From Bigelowiella natans CCMP2755 (lineage: Eukaryota > Protista > Cercozoa), in the NCBI GenBank assembly GCA_000320545.1, contig ADNK01000503.1, positions 186,001-250,000 of the forward strand: 64,000 nt of DNA. The letters run 5' to 3'. The notes beneath the pieces were generated by a model, which was not told the origin of the DNA, made no database searches, and was given only the letters and a program-made list of their open reading frames with translations. The translations under genes and the position numbers were made by a program. How positions within the stretch are numbered: position 1 is the stretch's first letter; each line of letters starts with the position of its first letter. Shown here one piece after another: positions 41,153 to 56,500 of the stretch.

Positions 41153-42539
41153 ATTAATTATATATATGCAAGGTGCAGTGAGGTTGCTTATTCATTGCTT
41201 GAATGACCATTGTTTCTTCTTCTTCTTCTTCTTCTTCTTCTTCTTCTTCTTTTTCTTCTTTCTTCTTTCTTCTTTATTCTTTGTTGGATGATGAGAAGAT
41301 TCCTTCAGCGAAGAGTTTGAGAGCATACTTGTACACCAACGACGAATACCAAAGGTAGCCGTAAAGATACTTATATGTTGTAAATAGTGGCAAGAACGTC
41401 GTAGAAGATATCGTCGTCATCGAGTAGTTTTTTTCGCCGAAGTAATGTAAGTAGTAGCAGCTCAATTCTCAGTAAGAGAAGATACATGATGGCCATGGTG
41501 GTGGCGTTGAAGATGTTAAACATGCATTTTCTTGACGAAATACTTTAAAGAGACTAGCTACTACTACTACTACTGCTACTACTACTACAACTCTATCTGT
41601 TGGTGATGCTGCTACAATGCAGAGTTATTATCCAATGTTTTCTTTGATTGATCTCAATCGCTGGTAAGGTAGGAGAAGAAGAAGACAAAACGAGGAAATC
41701 TGCTACTCATCACAAGCACTTTGTTTATTTGTTATATTGCTTGTTATGTGTAGATTGATGATTGCTGATTTCTCGGTTGAAGATCCAACGGTTAGAAGAC
41801 GACGTACAATAGGATACGTGATATGATGTGAATATAATCGTGGATGATGAAGAAGAAGAAGACAACGACGACTGACAACAACGGCAAGGAAAAATTGCTG
41901 GAATAAGAAACGCGGATAGAATATATAGCATAGTACCTCCTGATCGGTTATCAATCATCATCATCATTGATTTTTGGTTTCCTTCCTTTCAGCATTGTTA
42001 TTGTCTTATATCGTCGTCTTTTATATACGTAAATGGATACTATATCACTGAGGTGTGAATGATACGTGTCAGGCTGCAGATATCATGTTCCTGAAAAGAT
42101 GCTTTGAACGAGATGATTTGACGGTCTTTCTCTTTCCTCCTCCTCCTCCTTCTCTCACTTTTTATCTTCTCATCATCATTCGTTACAAGTGTCTGACGAC
42201 GAGTGAAAATAAAGAGAATAAACAGTGATGCTGCTGTCTCTCAATGTGATATTTGGATAGTATGGACTATCTGAAGTATCCCTATTATATTTTAGCCTAT
42301 TTGATAATGATAATAATAATTATCATCATCATCATCCAATTGATGAGATTTGGTGCAAACGGTAATAGGTGGTGATTAAGGGCATTGGCAAACATCTGAA
42401 CAGAAAGATATGGAGAACATCATATCTACTAAACGTAATGTTAGTAGTGGTAGCAGTAGTAAGTAAGTAAGTAAGTGAGTGAGTGAGTGAGTGGCAGCAG
42501 TAGAAGAAGAATTAGGATATTGATGGTAATGATGACTAC

Positions 42540-42572
<33 letters not shown>

Positions 42573-42591
42573 CACGACAAGATAACACACC

Positions 42592-42648
<57 letters not shown>

Positions 42649-43082
42649 TGAACTCCAGTCCTTTGTGCTTCCTTCCTGAAAACTGCTGCTGCTGCTACTA
42701 CTACTAATGCTACCGCTCACAATAATAAATCATCACACCATTTACTACTACAGAGGCTGGGCAATATGATGTACCACCAATTCCGAAGATACGTCATCAT
42801 TCCACGTAGCAGCAATAGCAGCAACAACAACGGTGGTAGTTATCATCATAAATATGCATCCGTCACTACCATCATCATCGATCAGTACCAGATCATAGCA
42901 TAATAATTTATTATCATTGCGTGAAATCTTCAGTTGAAGGAGGAGGAGGAGGAGGAGGAGGAGGGCGGGTATCATCGGCCAACTACTCCTATGAGGAGAA
43001 AGATTGGATTAGCATGAAAGTTTCTGACTATAAGAGGTAGTAGAAGTGCTTGTAACAGTGCTAGTGAGCACTACTAGTAGGT

Positions 43083-43113
<31 letters not shown>

Positions 43114-43513
43114 CTGTTATTATTGCTACTGCTGCTGCGTTAGCATATTCAGCTATGTGTGTACGACGATCGATGATCAGGGAGACTACGACGAAGAAGA
43201 GAACAAGAAGAAGAAGAAGAAGAAGAAGAAGAGGAGACTGATTTTTGATATTTGCTCTATGTTTGATTAGCGATGCAATTTATCAGCATAGATATGTTGT
43301 GCTTGTTCTTGTTCTTGTTGTAGTTTACATCAACTCTCTCTTTCTCTCTCTCTCTCTCTTTCTGTGTGTGTGTGCGTGCGTGTGTGTGTTACTGTTGTTT
43401 GTCTAGATATCTATCTATGCGAGCAAGCATTATGGAAAATCCTCATGATTTGTCATTACCAACTACATTCAAAATAAAGGACTGTGTAGGAAGGTGCTGC
43501 TTTTGTTGTTGTA

Positions 43514-43544
<31 letters not shown>

Positions 43545-43585
43545 TGTAGAAGGGGGCAAAAGAGAGAAGGGTGTGTAGCAGTAGC

Positions 43586-43620
<35 letters not shown>

Positions 43621-43657
43621 GTTACTATTGATGCAAAGTGTAGCATTCTCTCTTTGA

Positions 43658-43697
<40 letters not shown>

Positions 43698-44440
43698 CTT
43701 ATCAGGCTACAACTCATTAACGCTCGTAGAGAGCTTATATACATGCTCGACTTATCGATCCAAAGGTAGGTGCTGCGTGAATTAATAATGATAATAATAA
43801 TAAGAAGAAGAAGAATATGTTGGAGGAGTATTATTCCTCCTTCTTTTTCATTTAAGATTTATTTGTTACGTTCTTACCTTCTTAGCTCATGTTGTTTGCC
43901 TTTCTCCTTCTTCTTCTCCTTCTTCTTCTTCTTCTTCTCCTTCTTCTTCTCCTTTTTCTTCTTCCTCTTTCACGTGCAATACTTACTACTACTACTACCA
44001 TTACTTCTTCTTCCTCTTGCACGTAGCTATATGCCTGAGCTCGCACTCGATTTAACAAAGAGGATTTCCATGGATCTTCTTCCTGGAGGGTACTAGTAGC
44101 GGCAGCAGCAGTAGTAGTAGTAGCAGCAGTAGCAGTACATGCTAGCTATCATTTATAAGTGCTCATTGTAAATCCGATTTCCAACGTCAAAGAGAGCAGC
44201 CATTAGAGCATGACACGACAAGTGGACGAGGGAGGAGTATGATGAGGGAGAACTAAAAGATTAATGATGATGACGACGATGAAGATGATGATGATGATGA
44301 TGATGATGATGGGGAGGAGGAGGAGGAGGAGGAGGAGGAGGGGGTGGTAGGGAAGAAGATAGTCCTAAGGATACTAATGATAGATTTAATTTCTAACATC
44401 CTCCGCCCCCGGCACATACTAAGCACACACACACGCACGC

Positions 44441-44488
<48 letters not shown>

Positions 44489-44913
44489 AAAGGGAGGGAG
44501 AGTGGACCAAGAGGGGTCGTCATCGTCGTCATCATCGTCATCGTTCTAATGTTCCACGACTATGGTATGGATTAGAGAAAACTGCATGCTGAAGTACGTA
44601 TCTCAGCATGGGAGGCCATCAATGGGTTGATTATATACTATATGACGACTAGTGAGGAGGAAGAGGAGAAAGAGAAGAAGCAGCAGGACAACAACAACAA
44701 CAACAGCAGGAGGAAAATGAAGCAAATTAGCAACACCTACATACATCATCTCCTTACTACTCCTCAGCAGCCCGATAGTCGGACTGATCATCACCTTGAA
44801 GAAGCCCTCTTTGTTAAGTTGTAATCAACTAATCGTTTGTGATCATCATCATAGGACCCAACATTTACCTGTCTCCTCCCGGCACATATACGTGGTTTCA
44901 CCAAGATGTATGC

Positions 44914-44945
<32 letters not shown>

Positions 44946-45077
44946 AATCTAGCTACCTACGTGCACATATTGATTAGATAGTTACGATAACAATAAGAAC
45001 AACAACAATAATAATAATAGTAATAATAATAATGATAATAGCAAGAATAGCAAGAAGGGTAGTTAAAAGTGATGAGT

Positions 45078-45112
<35 letters not shown>

Positions 45113-46402
45113 GATCCACTTAGACTCTATGTTGTTGTCGTCGTCGTCGTCGTATCATCGCTTGATTCTTCTAAATAAATCAGGGGAGGGGCACAGTAGA
45201 CTCTGGACATTTGTGTTTAGAAGGTTCTTCCTCTTCTTCTTCTTCTTCTACTACTACTACTACTTCTACTGCGTGCCACCAACAGCATCATACATACGTA
45301 GTCATCACTTATCGCGAAAGAGTCATCAGCTTTGGTTTGAGGAGAAAATAATACTACACCTAGTGGTGTTCCTCCCCCCCCCTCTTCTTCTTCTTTTTCT
45401 TCTTCTTCTTTTCCTTCTTATTCCTTTTCCTCTCCTCCTCCTCCTCCTCCTTGTTCTGCTTACTAGCGGCTTTGTGAAATAAATCATTTTGGTTTTTCCT
45501 TATTATCAGGAAGAAATGAAGTGATCATTCTCCGAGATCTATCCAATACAAACAAGGTATTAAATAGAATTAATATCAGTTGTTGTAGTAGAAGTAGTAG
45601 TAGTAGCATTGCATATGACATTATCATTCATGCATCATCCTTTTTATTTTTCAAAATTCGTTGTTCTTTGCTGCGGGGATTGCCTCTGTACCACCCTCCC
45701 CGCAGACACAAAATAGAATCACACAACATATAATGTAAATTTGTCGTATCTGTGTGTTTCAGTGTCGTAATTCACTCAATATATACATTTATGCACACAC
45801 ACACACCACACACACACACATATATTCATTTTTATCTTCGTAATTGTTATTATCATCATCTTATTCCTTATAATACATTCTCCATCCTAAAGGAGATCGC
45901 AATCAATATATTGAGAAGCAATCGAGATACGGATTTACACCGGTCAAGATCAAATCATTGATTGATTGATTGATTGATAATAATAACCAAGTTTGTTTTT
46001 CGGTGATTATAAGCACACACTCTCCCTTGCCTTTGTCCCATCATAATCATATTTGACGATACACTATTTACTGAGGCACTACTGTGACTTGTTCTTAGTT
46101 TACCGCATGATAGTATCAAAAAGGGGAAGAGAGCGCCTCTTTGGCCAAGTAACGACAAAATACAAAGGTATGGTAGGTGTTGTTGGACGCACACACAAAT
46201 ACACACAATCATTATTATCAGATAGGTAGCAGCAGTTAGTAGGTTTTGCAACTCATATGTCCTCCTCCTTCTCCTCCTCCTCCTCCTTCTTCTTTGTCCT
46301 TCTTTCCTCCTTCCTCTCTTTTTCTGGTGATGTTGTTGTTATCTCATCCTTTTTCCGTTTTATATTGTCGTTGTTGTTGTTGTTGCTATTGGTGGTATTC
46401 CT

Positions 46403-46436
<34 letters not shown>

Positions 46437-49400
46437 CGAGAATAGACTACGAGAAATTGGTGCATCACCTAGTGTATTCATCTTGCATCCAGGCGACTAC
46501 GTGCATATTAATCGAGTGAGTTGTGATTGCTGCTGTTAGTTGATAGTAGCAGCAAACCACAATCATAGCGAGCGTACATAGACAGTCAAATACTCAAGAT
46601 AGATGGGGGCTTTGTTGTTGTTGTTTTGTTGTATTTTATTTCTTATTTGAATGAATGGATTGATGTTTTTCACATCTTTCTACTTGTTTTCAAATGTTTG
46701 TTGGTGATGTGAATATCTGCTCATAATAAATGCATGCTGCCCTTCTATTACTACTACTACTACTGCTACCACTGCTACCACTGCATAGGGGCGGTTACAT
46801 GCATTCCGAAAAGTAGGAGACTATGAAGGAAGAACAACGACCACGACGACGTCAAATGAGAACGATGAGAATAGTAAAACTAACAAAATGGGGAAGCGTC
46901 GAGGGGGTGATGACACTGGGCACGATAAAGAATCTACAAATAGGTATGGTGCTGTAGAGAAGAAGAAGATGATGATGATGATGATGATAGTGATGACGAT
47001 GATGGTGATAATAGCGGCAAGAAATACTAAGGTTTCCTTTCTTCTTTTTCTTCTATTCCTTACTGCAATCTATGTTGCTGCTACTACACCATCCAAGTTG
47101 TCCATCGTCATCATCATCTTCGTCGTCATCATCATCGTCATCATCGTCATCATCATCACCACTTCGTCGTCCAAATCACCAAAATCAACATCACCGTCAA
47201 CGTCATCATCATCATCATCATCATCATCACTTCTGCTTGAGTGTGGCTTGGGACTGGATCTTTGAGGGAGCCACAGCTAAGATGATTGAGAAAGATACCG
47301 AGAAGGCGCTCACAAATGCAAGATATAATCAGAGAGAGAAGTACGTACGACTAACTAGCTTGTGCAATAACAAGTTAGTAGGAGTAGTAGTATGCGTGGT
47401 AGTGGTAGGTAGATAGGAACAAAAGGAAGAGGAAGAGGAGGAATAAAAAGAGAGTAAGATGAAGAGGAATCACTGCGAACAAGCGTTACGTGAATTTTCT
47501 TATTGTTTTTGTTATTGTTGTTATCATTGTTGTTTCTGTGAGTCACTGCAACATGATGATGACAATGATGATGGAGGTAGTGATGATGATGATGATATTT
47601 TCTTATGTGCTTGTGTATGTGTGTGTGTGTGGTATTGAACTTAGAAAAAGCTCTTTAGGAATTGTGAACACCTGCTCATTAAGGTGATAACAACAACAAC
47701 AACAACAACAACAACGACATATATGTCATTTCTGCTGTTGCAAACCTAAGAAGGAGGAGGAGGAGGAGGGGAAAAGGGGGGGAGGAGGGAAGGGGAGGCG
47801 GGTTGAGAAGGAGAATTAGAATGTCGAAGTTCCTTTCATCACTATCGTTGATACTGCATACACTTTTTTCTTCTGATTTTTCTCTAATCGGTATTGATCA
47901 CTACTGAACATCATAAATACGTTACCACTACTACTACTACTACTGCTCCTCTACATGATAATAATTCAGGGCTATTCAAGGAATCGTGGCCGATTTAACG
48001 GATGATGCAAACGAGAATTCTCATGAGCATGAATATGATGATCATGATGACAATATCGACGACAACAAGGATATAAGAGCGGAACATCTTCAAAGGTGGT
48101 TCTTGTTGTTGGCCTTGGATAAGTCGTCAATATCCATCTATAAAATATTGACTTATGTTCATAACTTAGAGACGAGGGAAGAGATCTCAAAATAATGCTC
48201 GTCGATGATATGATGATGAAGCAACATATGATGCCTGTGTTGTCCTTCTCCTCCCTTCCCCCTCCCCCCCTCTCTCTCTCTCTCCTCCCCTTACTTCCTC
48301 CTGTTGTTGCAGGAGATCATCATTATATAATGAGAAGATGATGATATCTGGAGGGGAACAAGATGAAGAAGATAACGGAAGACAAGACAAAAATATGGAA
48401 ATCTTACGGTGAAAAACAAACTACTTGTAATTGCTGATGTCGTTGTGCTACTGCTGCTGCAGCTGATAATGATGATGATGAGGATGATGAGATATATAGA
48501 GATTCTTTGCGACGGGGTCCTTTCTTGATACTGATCACACCTTTCTTAATTACTATTCAGGGGTTTATATCCCATTTTTAAGACGATGGTTAAGAAGCAT
48601 ATGCCCTACTGTGTGCAAGGAGACCAAAACCAGAAGAATAAACAACACCAACAACTGCATATACTCAAGAAACAAAAAGAAAGTACGATATCAACCACAA
48701 AAACACAACATCAACAACGACAACAGCAACAACAACAACGAGAACGGAGAAGAGTTTCAGCGAAAGCATTTCTCTCGTGGTGATGATACGTGACGATGAT
48801 ACTATTGGTTATCATGAATTCTTGTTTGATTTACTACAGCAGCAGCACAAGAGAACAAGATTACAAAGATGAAAAAGAAAAAGAAGAAAACAAATACAAA
48901 GACAACAACATCATATGATGCTGAAAAGGAGCAGAGTGGAACGGACATCAATGGCATAAAAAATGACAAGAACAACAACATCAACAACAACAACAACAAG
49001 AAGAGAATCAGACAAGCACCCTCCTCGTTGCATACTATTGTTCCTTCTGCTTTAAGTGGTGATAAAAAGAGAAAAAGAAACAGAAGGAGAGCAGCAAAAT
49101 AAACTAGAAAGAATGAAAGAAAGAACAATATAACATAGATGGTAGATAGAGAGGAAATAGGAATAATCTCCAGGGAAGGATGGATGTATGATGATTGCTG
49201 CTGATGATGATCATTCCGAATCTGCTTGTGAGTGCTAGGTCCTGTATAAGAGAGAAGCAGTCACGAGTATGATGATGATGAGCGTCATTGATAGTAATTA
49301 GTTTATGTATCCATAGGTGGTGGTGGTAATGATACGAGCACGGCTAGGAGGTACCGTCGTAGGTGTCGTTGTCGTGGTGATCGTCGCAGCCGCCATTGTC

Positions 49401-49650
49401 GGCGATGTGTGCTCTCTGGTGGGAAAAAACGCAGCAGCCTCGATCACAGTAGCAGCAGGACAACGGCAAGTAGTATTAGCAATGCAGCTATCCATGTGCT
49501 GCACGATGATAAGAATATTACTGGTGACACTAAAAGTGGTAGCAGTGATAGTAGTGGTAGTAATGGTAGTGGTAGTATCGATGGTAGCAACAGCAAGGGG
49601 AAGCATTGTAATATTCCGAGGATGATGACAGGTATTAGTAGTATTAGTAT

Positions 49651-49685
<35 letters not shown>

Positions 49686-50550
49686 AGGAAGAAAGTAGTA
49701 GCATCAACAATACCAACGAAGAAAGCAGCAGCGTGGCTGTAACCACCATCGGCAAGGACAGTGGACTTAATAATAATAATGTGGATCTATCATCTTCAAC
49801 TATCAACAAGGGCAGTGGTGCTAATAATATGGATCCATCATCATCATCATCATCATCATTACTACAACTCCCCTTGGTAAGTATGAATCTTCTACTAATG
49901 CCGCTGCTGCTGCTGCTGATGATGATGATAGAGAGTAAAGTGTAAACATTAGTACGTAGCTGACGATGACACAACGTCAGCGTTTATCTTCCCGCGTGGA
50001 GTGAATCATACTAGCCCATTACGTTGCCTTTCTTAGTCTTCTTCTTCATCATCATCGTCTTCTTCTTCTTCTCCTTCTTCTCCTTCTATTGCTACTGCTG
50101 CTGCTACTACTACTACTACTACTACTACAACTACTAAATTGTGATTTTATACAACAATATTCCGTGGTTTCATTCAAGCAGCAGGGGGAGGAGGAAAAGA
50201 TAAATGTTGATGATGAGTTAACCATTGCATCATTCCAGAACGTTTCCAAGGACTGTGTTGGTAGTTGCTGTAGTAGAAGCAGCTAAATAGAGACTATCTA
50301 TCTACATATCTATCTACCTACTAAGGGGAAGAGAAGGAGGAGGAGGTCATGGAGGACCCATTCATCATCACACATTCTCTTCTTCATTATTATCATCATC
50401 ATCATGATACGTGTCCTCCTCCTTCCCACTATGTGATAGTTGTCGATACTAGTGTTCCTCCAGAAGTGCGAACAATCGATCCTTATGGTAAGCAGCTAGG
50501 TAGATAGGTACAACCTGTAACAGTACTATGTGAGGGCCAACAATTCGTAC

Positions 50551-50583
<33 letters not shown>

Positions 50584-52429
50584 CCCAAGAATTAGAACAG
50601 AAATAGGGCAGCTAATTACCTACAACATACACACACTTTAGTAAATAATGAGAATGCTTACATAAACATACATATATTCACACACAAATCGATGAATCAT
50701 GTGTAGGTATCGAGGGATTCGAATGTTCCATCTGTCGGAGCGAGTTATACAACATGTAAGTACGGCGGCTACTGTGTTAATGGAGATGGATGATAAGTAA
50801 ACATATCAAAAGTATAATCTTTTGTATGTGTACTGAATATAGATTACTATCATAAATATGGACTTCCTCCTACTATCTATTTATTTTATAAAATACTATT
50901 TGTTTCTCATGATATGTTGATAAGATTTAAGATATTTTTATCTATCTATGTTGTTTATATCACTGATTACTGCATTTTGCTGTTAATGATGAAGGTATTT
51001 GCACTGCTTGGGATGTGAAAAGCTTCTAAGGTAGCATTGTTTTCCAGCATATTTTGACTCAAAACGCGAGGCTGCTTAAAAGAGATTATTGATTTTTGTC
51101 ATTGGTCAAGAGACATTATGTTGTTTGATGTAATCGTGGTCTCTGTCGGTTCATAAGTCTCATTAATATTTTATGTTGGAAATGTATGATGATGGTGATA
51201 ATGGTGATGATGATTATTGAACATGATAGAAATTAGCCACCGAAAAATGTTCATAAAGCATAAATGCGACATAAGAACAAGGAGCAAAATCAACCTACAC
51301 GTCTTTCAATACGTAGACGTGATTGGAACATTTGCCAGGAATGCTACAAACAAGGGGTGCTGCTCATACCGAACTGATTATTGCGATGATAGAGTCTATA
51401 ATAATAGGACATAGATGTCGTCGTCGCATATCATTGCACATATATTAGCTTTGAAAATGATGAGATGATTTCTTTTCCCCATGTTATTGCATGTTAAGTT
51501 GTTATTTAACCACATTATCATCACTACAACTATCCAATTCAGCACGTCATCATCATCATCATCATCATCATCATTATCATATCTCACAGAAAGGAAGAAC
51601 AAACGAGGCCAAATCATCCTATCATGGTATCTTATCATCATCATTATGTCCTGCTAGTACTACCCCTTTGTCTATGAGCTGCTGTATAGCAACTTGCAAT
51701 GTGCTACTGGATACTCATGATAATCGTCAGCTACATGTTCGATGTATTGTTACTTGGTACTAGTTATGTGCTCTTCTATGCAGTGTTGGATCAGATATCT
51801 TGAGCAGCAGCGGTAGCAGTAGCAGCACCGCATTGCGACATATTACATACGTATGTTTACCACCCTCGTACAATAATTGTTACTTATCGTTCATTCGGTT
51901 ATCGTTCATTCGGTTACCAGCTCATCCTTTCTTTCCTGTCTTACTGTTCACCTCTCTCTTTTTGATTTGACACTCACGTCTATGTTTTAGCGTTAAAATG
52001 TTATTTTTACCTCTCCACTCCTTTACTATCCCAGGACATCGCGCCGACATTAGGAAGCAATATCCAACGTGCAAATGCGGGATGATGGCGTGTGCAGTCT
52101 GTGCTCATTGTATAAGGTGTTATCTTTCAAAAAAAAGAATTAATTTTTCTAATCTGTATTCTTAATTGTCGCATTTCATTCATAATCTTTGCAGATGCTC
52201 TTGTGCATGCCATACAGAATTTCAGCGAAGATTCCGGTAGTGTTCTCTTTTGCTTTCTTGTAGATTTTTTAATTTTCGATGAGATTTTTGTGGGCAATGG
52301 AGTGGGACCGAATTAATGATGAAAATGCGTAGGTTCATTTCGCCGGTTGAGTTATGTGAGTTGAGGCAGAAAGTTGATCGAATCCTACTGCCTGTCCAGC
52401 AAGACGCACAAACTTCTTCTAGCACATAG
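37422..52429 (+). CDS. Large JmjC-domain protein with KDM6/UTX-like architecture and C-terminal Cys-rich zinc-binding region; 5' end uncertain
   Basis: GPNIYLSPPGTYTWFHQD|GRGTVDSGHLCLE, LWPS, LHPGDYVHINR|GRLHAFRK and LSVAWDW, then CSICRSELYNMYLHCLGCEKLL..WNICQEC and CSCACHTEFQRRFRF. Stop TAG at 52427-52429. Long low-complexity N-terminal exons at about 37800-40580. Confidence 0.75.
38654..38669. repeat. Short interstitial telomere-like (CCCTAA) repeat
   Basis: ctaaccctaaccctaa, fewer than three full units. Confidence 0.35.
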
Positions 52430-52449
52430 ATGAGAAAGAGAAGAAGGTT

Positions 52450-53138
52450 TACATGTCAATGTCTAGATGTTTTGTTCAAAGGGCGGGACATAGTATCAAT
52501 CGTCAAACCTGTCTAGCTGTGTGTACACGCCATTGCATGTTTGAAATGCGTCACATGTTCGAAATGTGTGAAATTCGTGCATCTCTAGATTTTGCTTCTA
52601 ATCTCATCAACTCTGTTCGAGCTGCAGAATTCAAATGCGCGCATGCGTCGCAAGAATTGTACAAACATGCCACAAAGAAAGTGAACAGAGTTGAATGAAC
52701 AGAGCTGTTCGAATGTTATCCAAATTTTTTGATTTGTTGAGTTGCCATCAACCTGTGTCCAGAGGGTTCTGATGGGTGGACAGATCAAAACTGCGCTCAA
52801 GCTAGCAAGGTCTAGATGACACTAGAAGATGCCGTCTAGGTGCACGTCTAGACGTGCACTTGCGCATGCAGTGACATTGCGCAGAAGTCACGATGCTGTC
52901 GCGTGCGTGGTGTTGTTGCACCCAGCTAGCTGGACGTGCGTTTGCACAGACACCTGGACACTTCTGCCCAGCCGGCTGCGCTGTCCACTGTCATGAACAA
53001 CTCAGTGGGTGTGGCACGCAGTGGAAATCGATCATGACAAGCAACAATGCATGCACTGACGAGAGATTCTTGCTTTGCATTTTTCCCGACTCTCGCGACA
53101 GGTGCACACTTCTGGACTTGCTTGTTTCCTGTCTTCAC

Positions 53139-53169
<31 letters not shown>

Positions 53170-53570
53170 CCTCGCTCGCTCTTGTTCATCAACGCCAACT
53201 TGCTAAACTGCATCATGGGGCAAAGGCTCACCAAAGTGCAAAAGTGCGGCTTCCCAAATCAACACCAGCAAGCATGGAATCGTCACACTGATCATCGTTC
53301 ATTGCAGCACCAACACGTCTCCTCTCCAAATCATGTCGCAGACTTTATTTTCACCTTTTGACACTCCTGATTTCCGCAAATTTTGCTTGTCTCAAGCAAC
53401 ATGGGCAAGGCAAATTGGAAGCAGCCCTGAAAACGAATGCAATCACACCTGGCGACAACGATGACATGGAAAGAACAGCAGGAAGAAGTCATCTTCTACT
53501 CCTAAACCCCGCCAAAAATTCAAACACCGAAACACGAAACTGAATCGAACGCTATCACCTCAACCAACCA
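52450..53570. other. TpA-erased, CTAG-retaining intergenic island
   Basis: About 3 TA in 52851-53490 by my count. TCTAGA/GCTAGC words cluster at 52470-52930. Confidence 0.85.
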
Positions 53571-53577
53571 CAGCATC

Positions 53578-56500
53578 ATGAAGGTGGATTAACAAATCAA
53601 TGATGGTTCTCAAAATGGTGATTTGAGGTTCAACTAATTTCAAGGTGAAGAATCTGCTGGACCAATTGGCCAAGCTAGCATCACCTAGAAATTGGGAGCG
53701 GCTTGAGCTTTTCTTGTCCAAGAACACTTTTGATGAAGATTTCGATGAATGCAGTGGGAAAACCCTCATTGAAGTTGCATTGAAAGTATGACAATACCAT
53801 TACCTTTCTTGCACGATTCATTCTCTCTGTGATGACAAAAAATGAATTAGGAACTTGACACAAATAAATGTCGAAATCTTTCAAGAATTGCTTCGATCAT
53901 GGAGCATTTCGGAGATGCCATCGGTAACATTGTGATCCTCCTCGATGATTTAAAGTTATCACGTTACCCATCCGAACAGAAAACAGCTCTGTAGAAGAAA
54001 ATCTCATTGATAGTCCAGTAATCGTTGCGGGCATGGCCAACTTCTGTTGCAGACTTACGGAGATGTGTGCTGCATCGTTTAATGGAGGCGAAATACCAGA
54101 TGAATACGTAAGGCTTGTACAGTTACTTTTATGTGGAACATGTGATGTTGAATTAAATAAAATGATCTAATTGCAGGGAATTTGCTGGGATGCCATCATG
54201 TGCTATAAGGAAGCTGTGTTGAATTCAAATAATGTGAAAGTCATAGCTTCATCCATCGAAAACTTCTCTGGAGTTTTCGTGTCGACTTTTCTCGAAGAAA
54301 AACTGGGAATTCATCACCGAATGGAGGCTGCAGCAGAGCTTTGCAACCTCATCAAGAAGCTGAAAGTGGTTCAAGATGCGAAGATCAGAAAAGGGATCAA
54401 ATTTTCAAAAGTTATCTTAAATCTGTAAGTACTTATTTGCATCTACTTTCAAATGTTCAACCTTTACTGGATAATCAATTGTGTACAGGGGGAAAATTTC
54501 TTTGGCAATACTAAAAGCAGAAGATTTTCAACTCCAATTATCAATTTTAAAGACAGTAATAGGCTTTTCAATTCGGTAATGTTGTAATGTTGTAATGTTG
54601 TAATTTTTCTCAACGAAACGGTTGTGACAGAATGACTTTGGTTCATTTCATGAGCATGTCCAATCGAAACATTTACTGGATAGGTGTAAGGACATTCGAG
54701 AGAAAATTATTCGCAAATTCTGTGAAGGTCTTTCCGAGTTTACGCCATGCAGCGAGTGGGAAAAACATTAAAACTAGACTTGAAAATGTCTTTAAACATT
54801 GGCTCGATTTTAGAATGATCAAGAAGTTCAAGCTTGAATTTATCAAGTCTGAAAGACCTTTAAAAATCTTCTTTCACGCCTGCAACTTTCTATCATACTT
54901 GAACTCTAAAGAAGAGCAAAGGAGGTGTAATTAATACATGATTCTATATCATATGCGCTGCAGAGTCACTATTTGCTCAGTTCAGTAATATCGCGTACGG
55001 TTGAGATAGTGACAATTGGTCCCGAAATTTTCATGCCTGGAGCGATTTTAAATTTCTCCACAGACTCTTTCGTTGTGCAATGGGTAATATAAGTTTCATT
55101 AAATTTGCTTTGAGTATGTGAGTATTAGCATGGTGATATGCAGAGGAGAGGAAATGATATTCTAGAATCTACTCCAATACTCAACAAGCCAGACGGGAAC
55201 ATTTTGATCAAAATCACCTCTAAAGATATTACCTCCATAGAATGTACAGTTGATGCTCATATTTTAAATGTTCCGCGATGACTTCCATTCATTGTCTCTT
55301 TTTATTGCCCTCTAACATTCCCAAAATTTTGGCCTCATGAAGATAAATGTATGAAACTAAAGTAAATTGAATTCTTTTAGCCCTCGCTTCAAAAAATATA
55401 CTTCGCGTCGAAGCTAGGAGTGACATCTCTCAATACGTCATTTACGGTCCGAAGTCTGGCAAAGGTCCATATATGGAAATCAAGACCAAAGAAAATAACT
55501 TCTGCTCCATAGAATCATTTCTAAAGAAGGTGAATATTCGAGCATTTAATAGGAAGACTGGACCTAGACGTCAATCTATCGCTACAACCTTTGAGTACGA
55601 CGCAACAATGCATTCCAAGGTGGAGGAGCTTGATGTCGATACAAATCCAGCAAATGATGGCAACAAACGTGAAACTGAACTAGGGATGAATGCTTCTTTA
55701 AAGAAAAAGACTGAAATCTTGTCACACAGAAAAGTTAAAAAGAAGATTGATAACGATTTTTCTGGGATGAAATTATCGACCTTAAAGAGTAGCGGTTCAA
55801 CGAAGGATGCTTGCAGGAAAAGGAGCAGAAACGGTAAATCTGCAAAGAAGAAAGTTAATGTTAAATATCAACGTTCAGCTAGAAAATCTAAAAACATTGG
55901 AACTGAACGGAAAGAATTTGAATCTGGCCCTCGACGAACTTCGAAGCGACTGCGCAACAAAAAAGCAATGTCATATGCTGATCCAGAATCAGATGAAGAT
56001 GATACAAAGGTTAGGAAGAATAACCATATGCATCTTGAGGAGGGAAAAGTAACTGTTCAAGGAATGAAGACATTGTCCAAAAGTGAAGAGGAAATCGAAG
56101 CACTGCCATTGTCTCAATCGACCAACCTGTCCAATACAACTATCAAACCTCAACTTGGGGTCACTGAAAGGCAAGCCTTGTCTAAGACTTCAGCCTTAAA
56201 GAATGCGAGCTTAGAGGAGAAGGAATCAAAAGGAAATCCCTTTGTTGTGCCTAAAAGGGTAGTCATCTCGGATAAACTAACCCCGTCTCGACAACTCCGA
56301 GCTGATGCTTCTGTTCTCTGTACTACAAATTTGATGAGCCCTGAGACTTCTGGTTTCCAATCGTCAATTTCAATGAACCCATCAACTCGCCAATCAACGC
56401 CAACTCAAATACCACTTGAAGCAACTGTTGAATTTTTCACCCCCAAGGTCATCCAGGACCCATTAAAACGTTCACACACCTTAAAGTTATTCAAAAACAC

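Noticed and set aside
52453-53543. Several Cys/His-rich ORFs, also at 57287-57571 and 12659-13217
   Set aside because: TpA loss removes TAA/TAG stops and enriches Cys/His codons, creating spurious ORFs. No transposase or RT motifs were seen.
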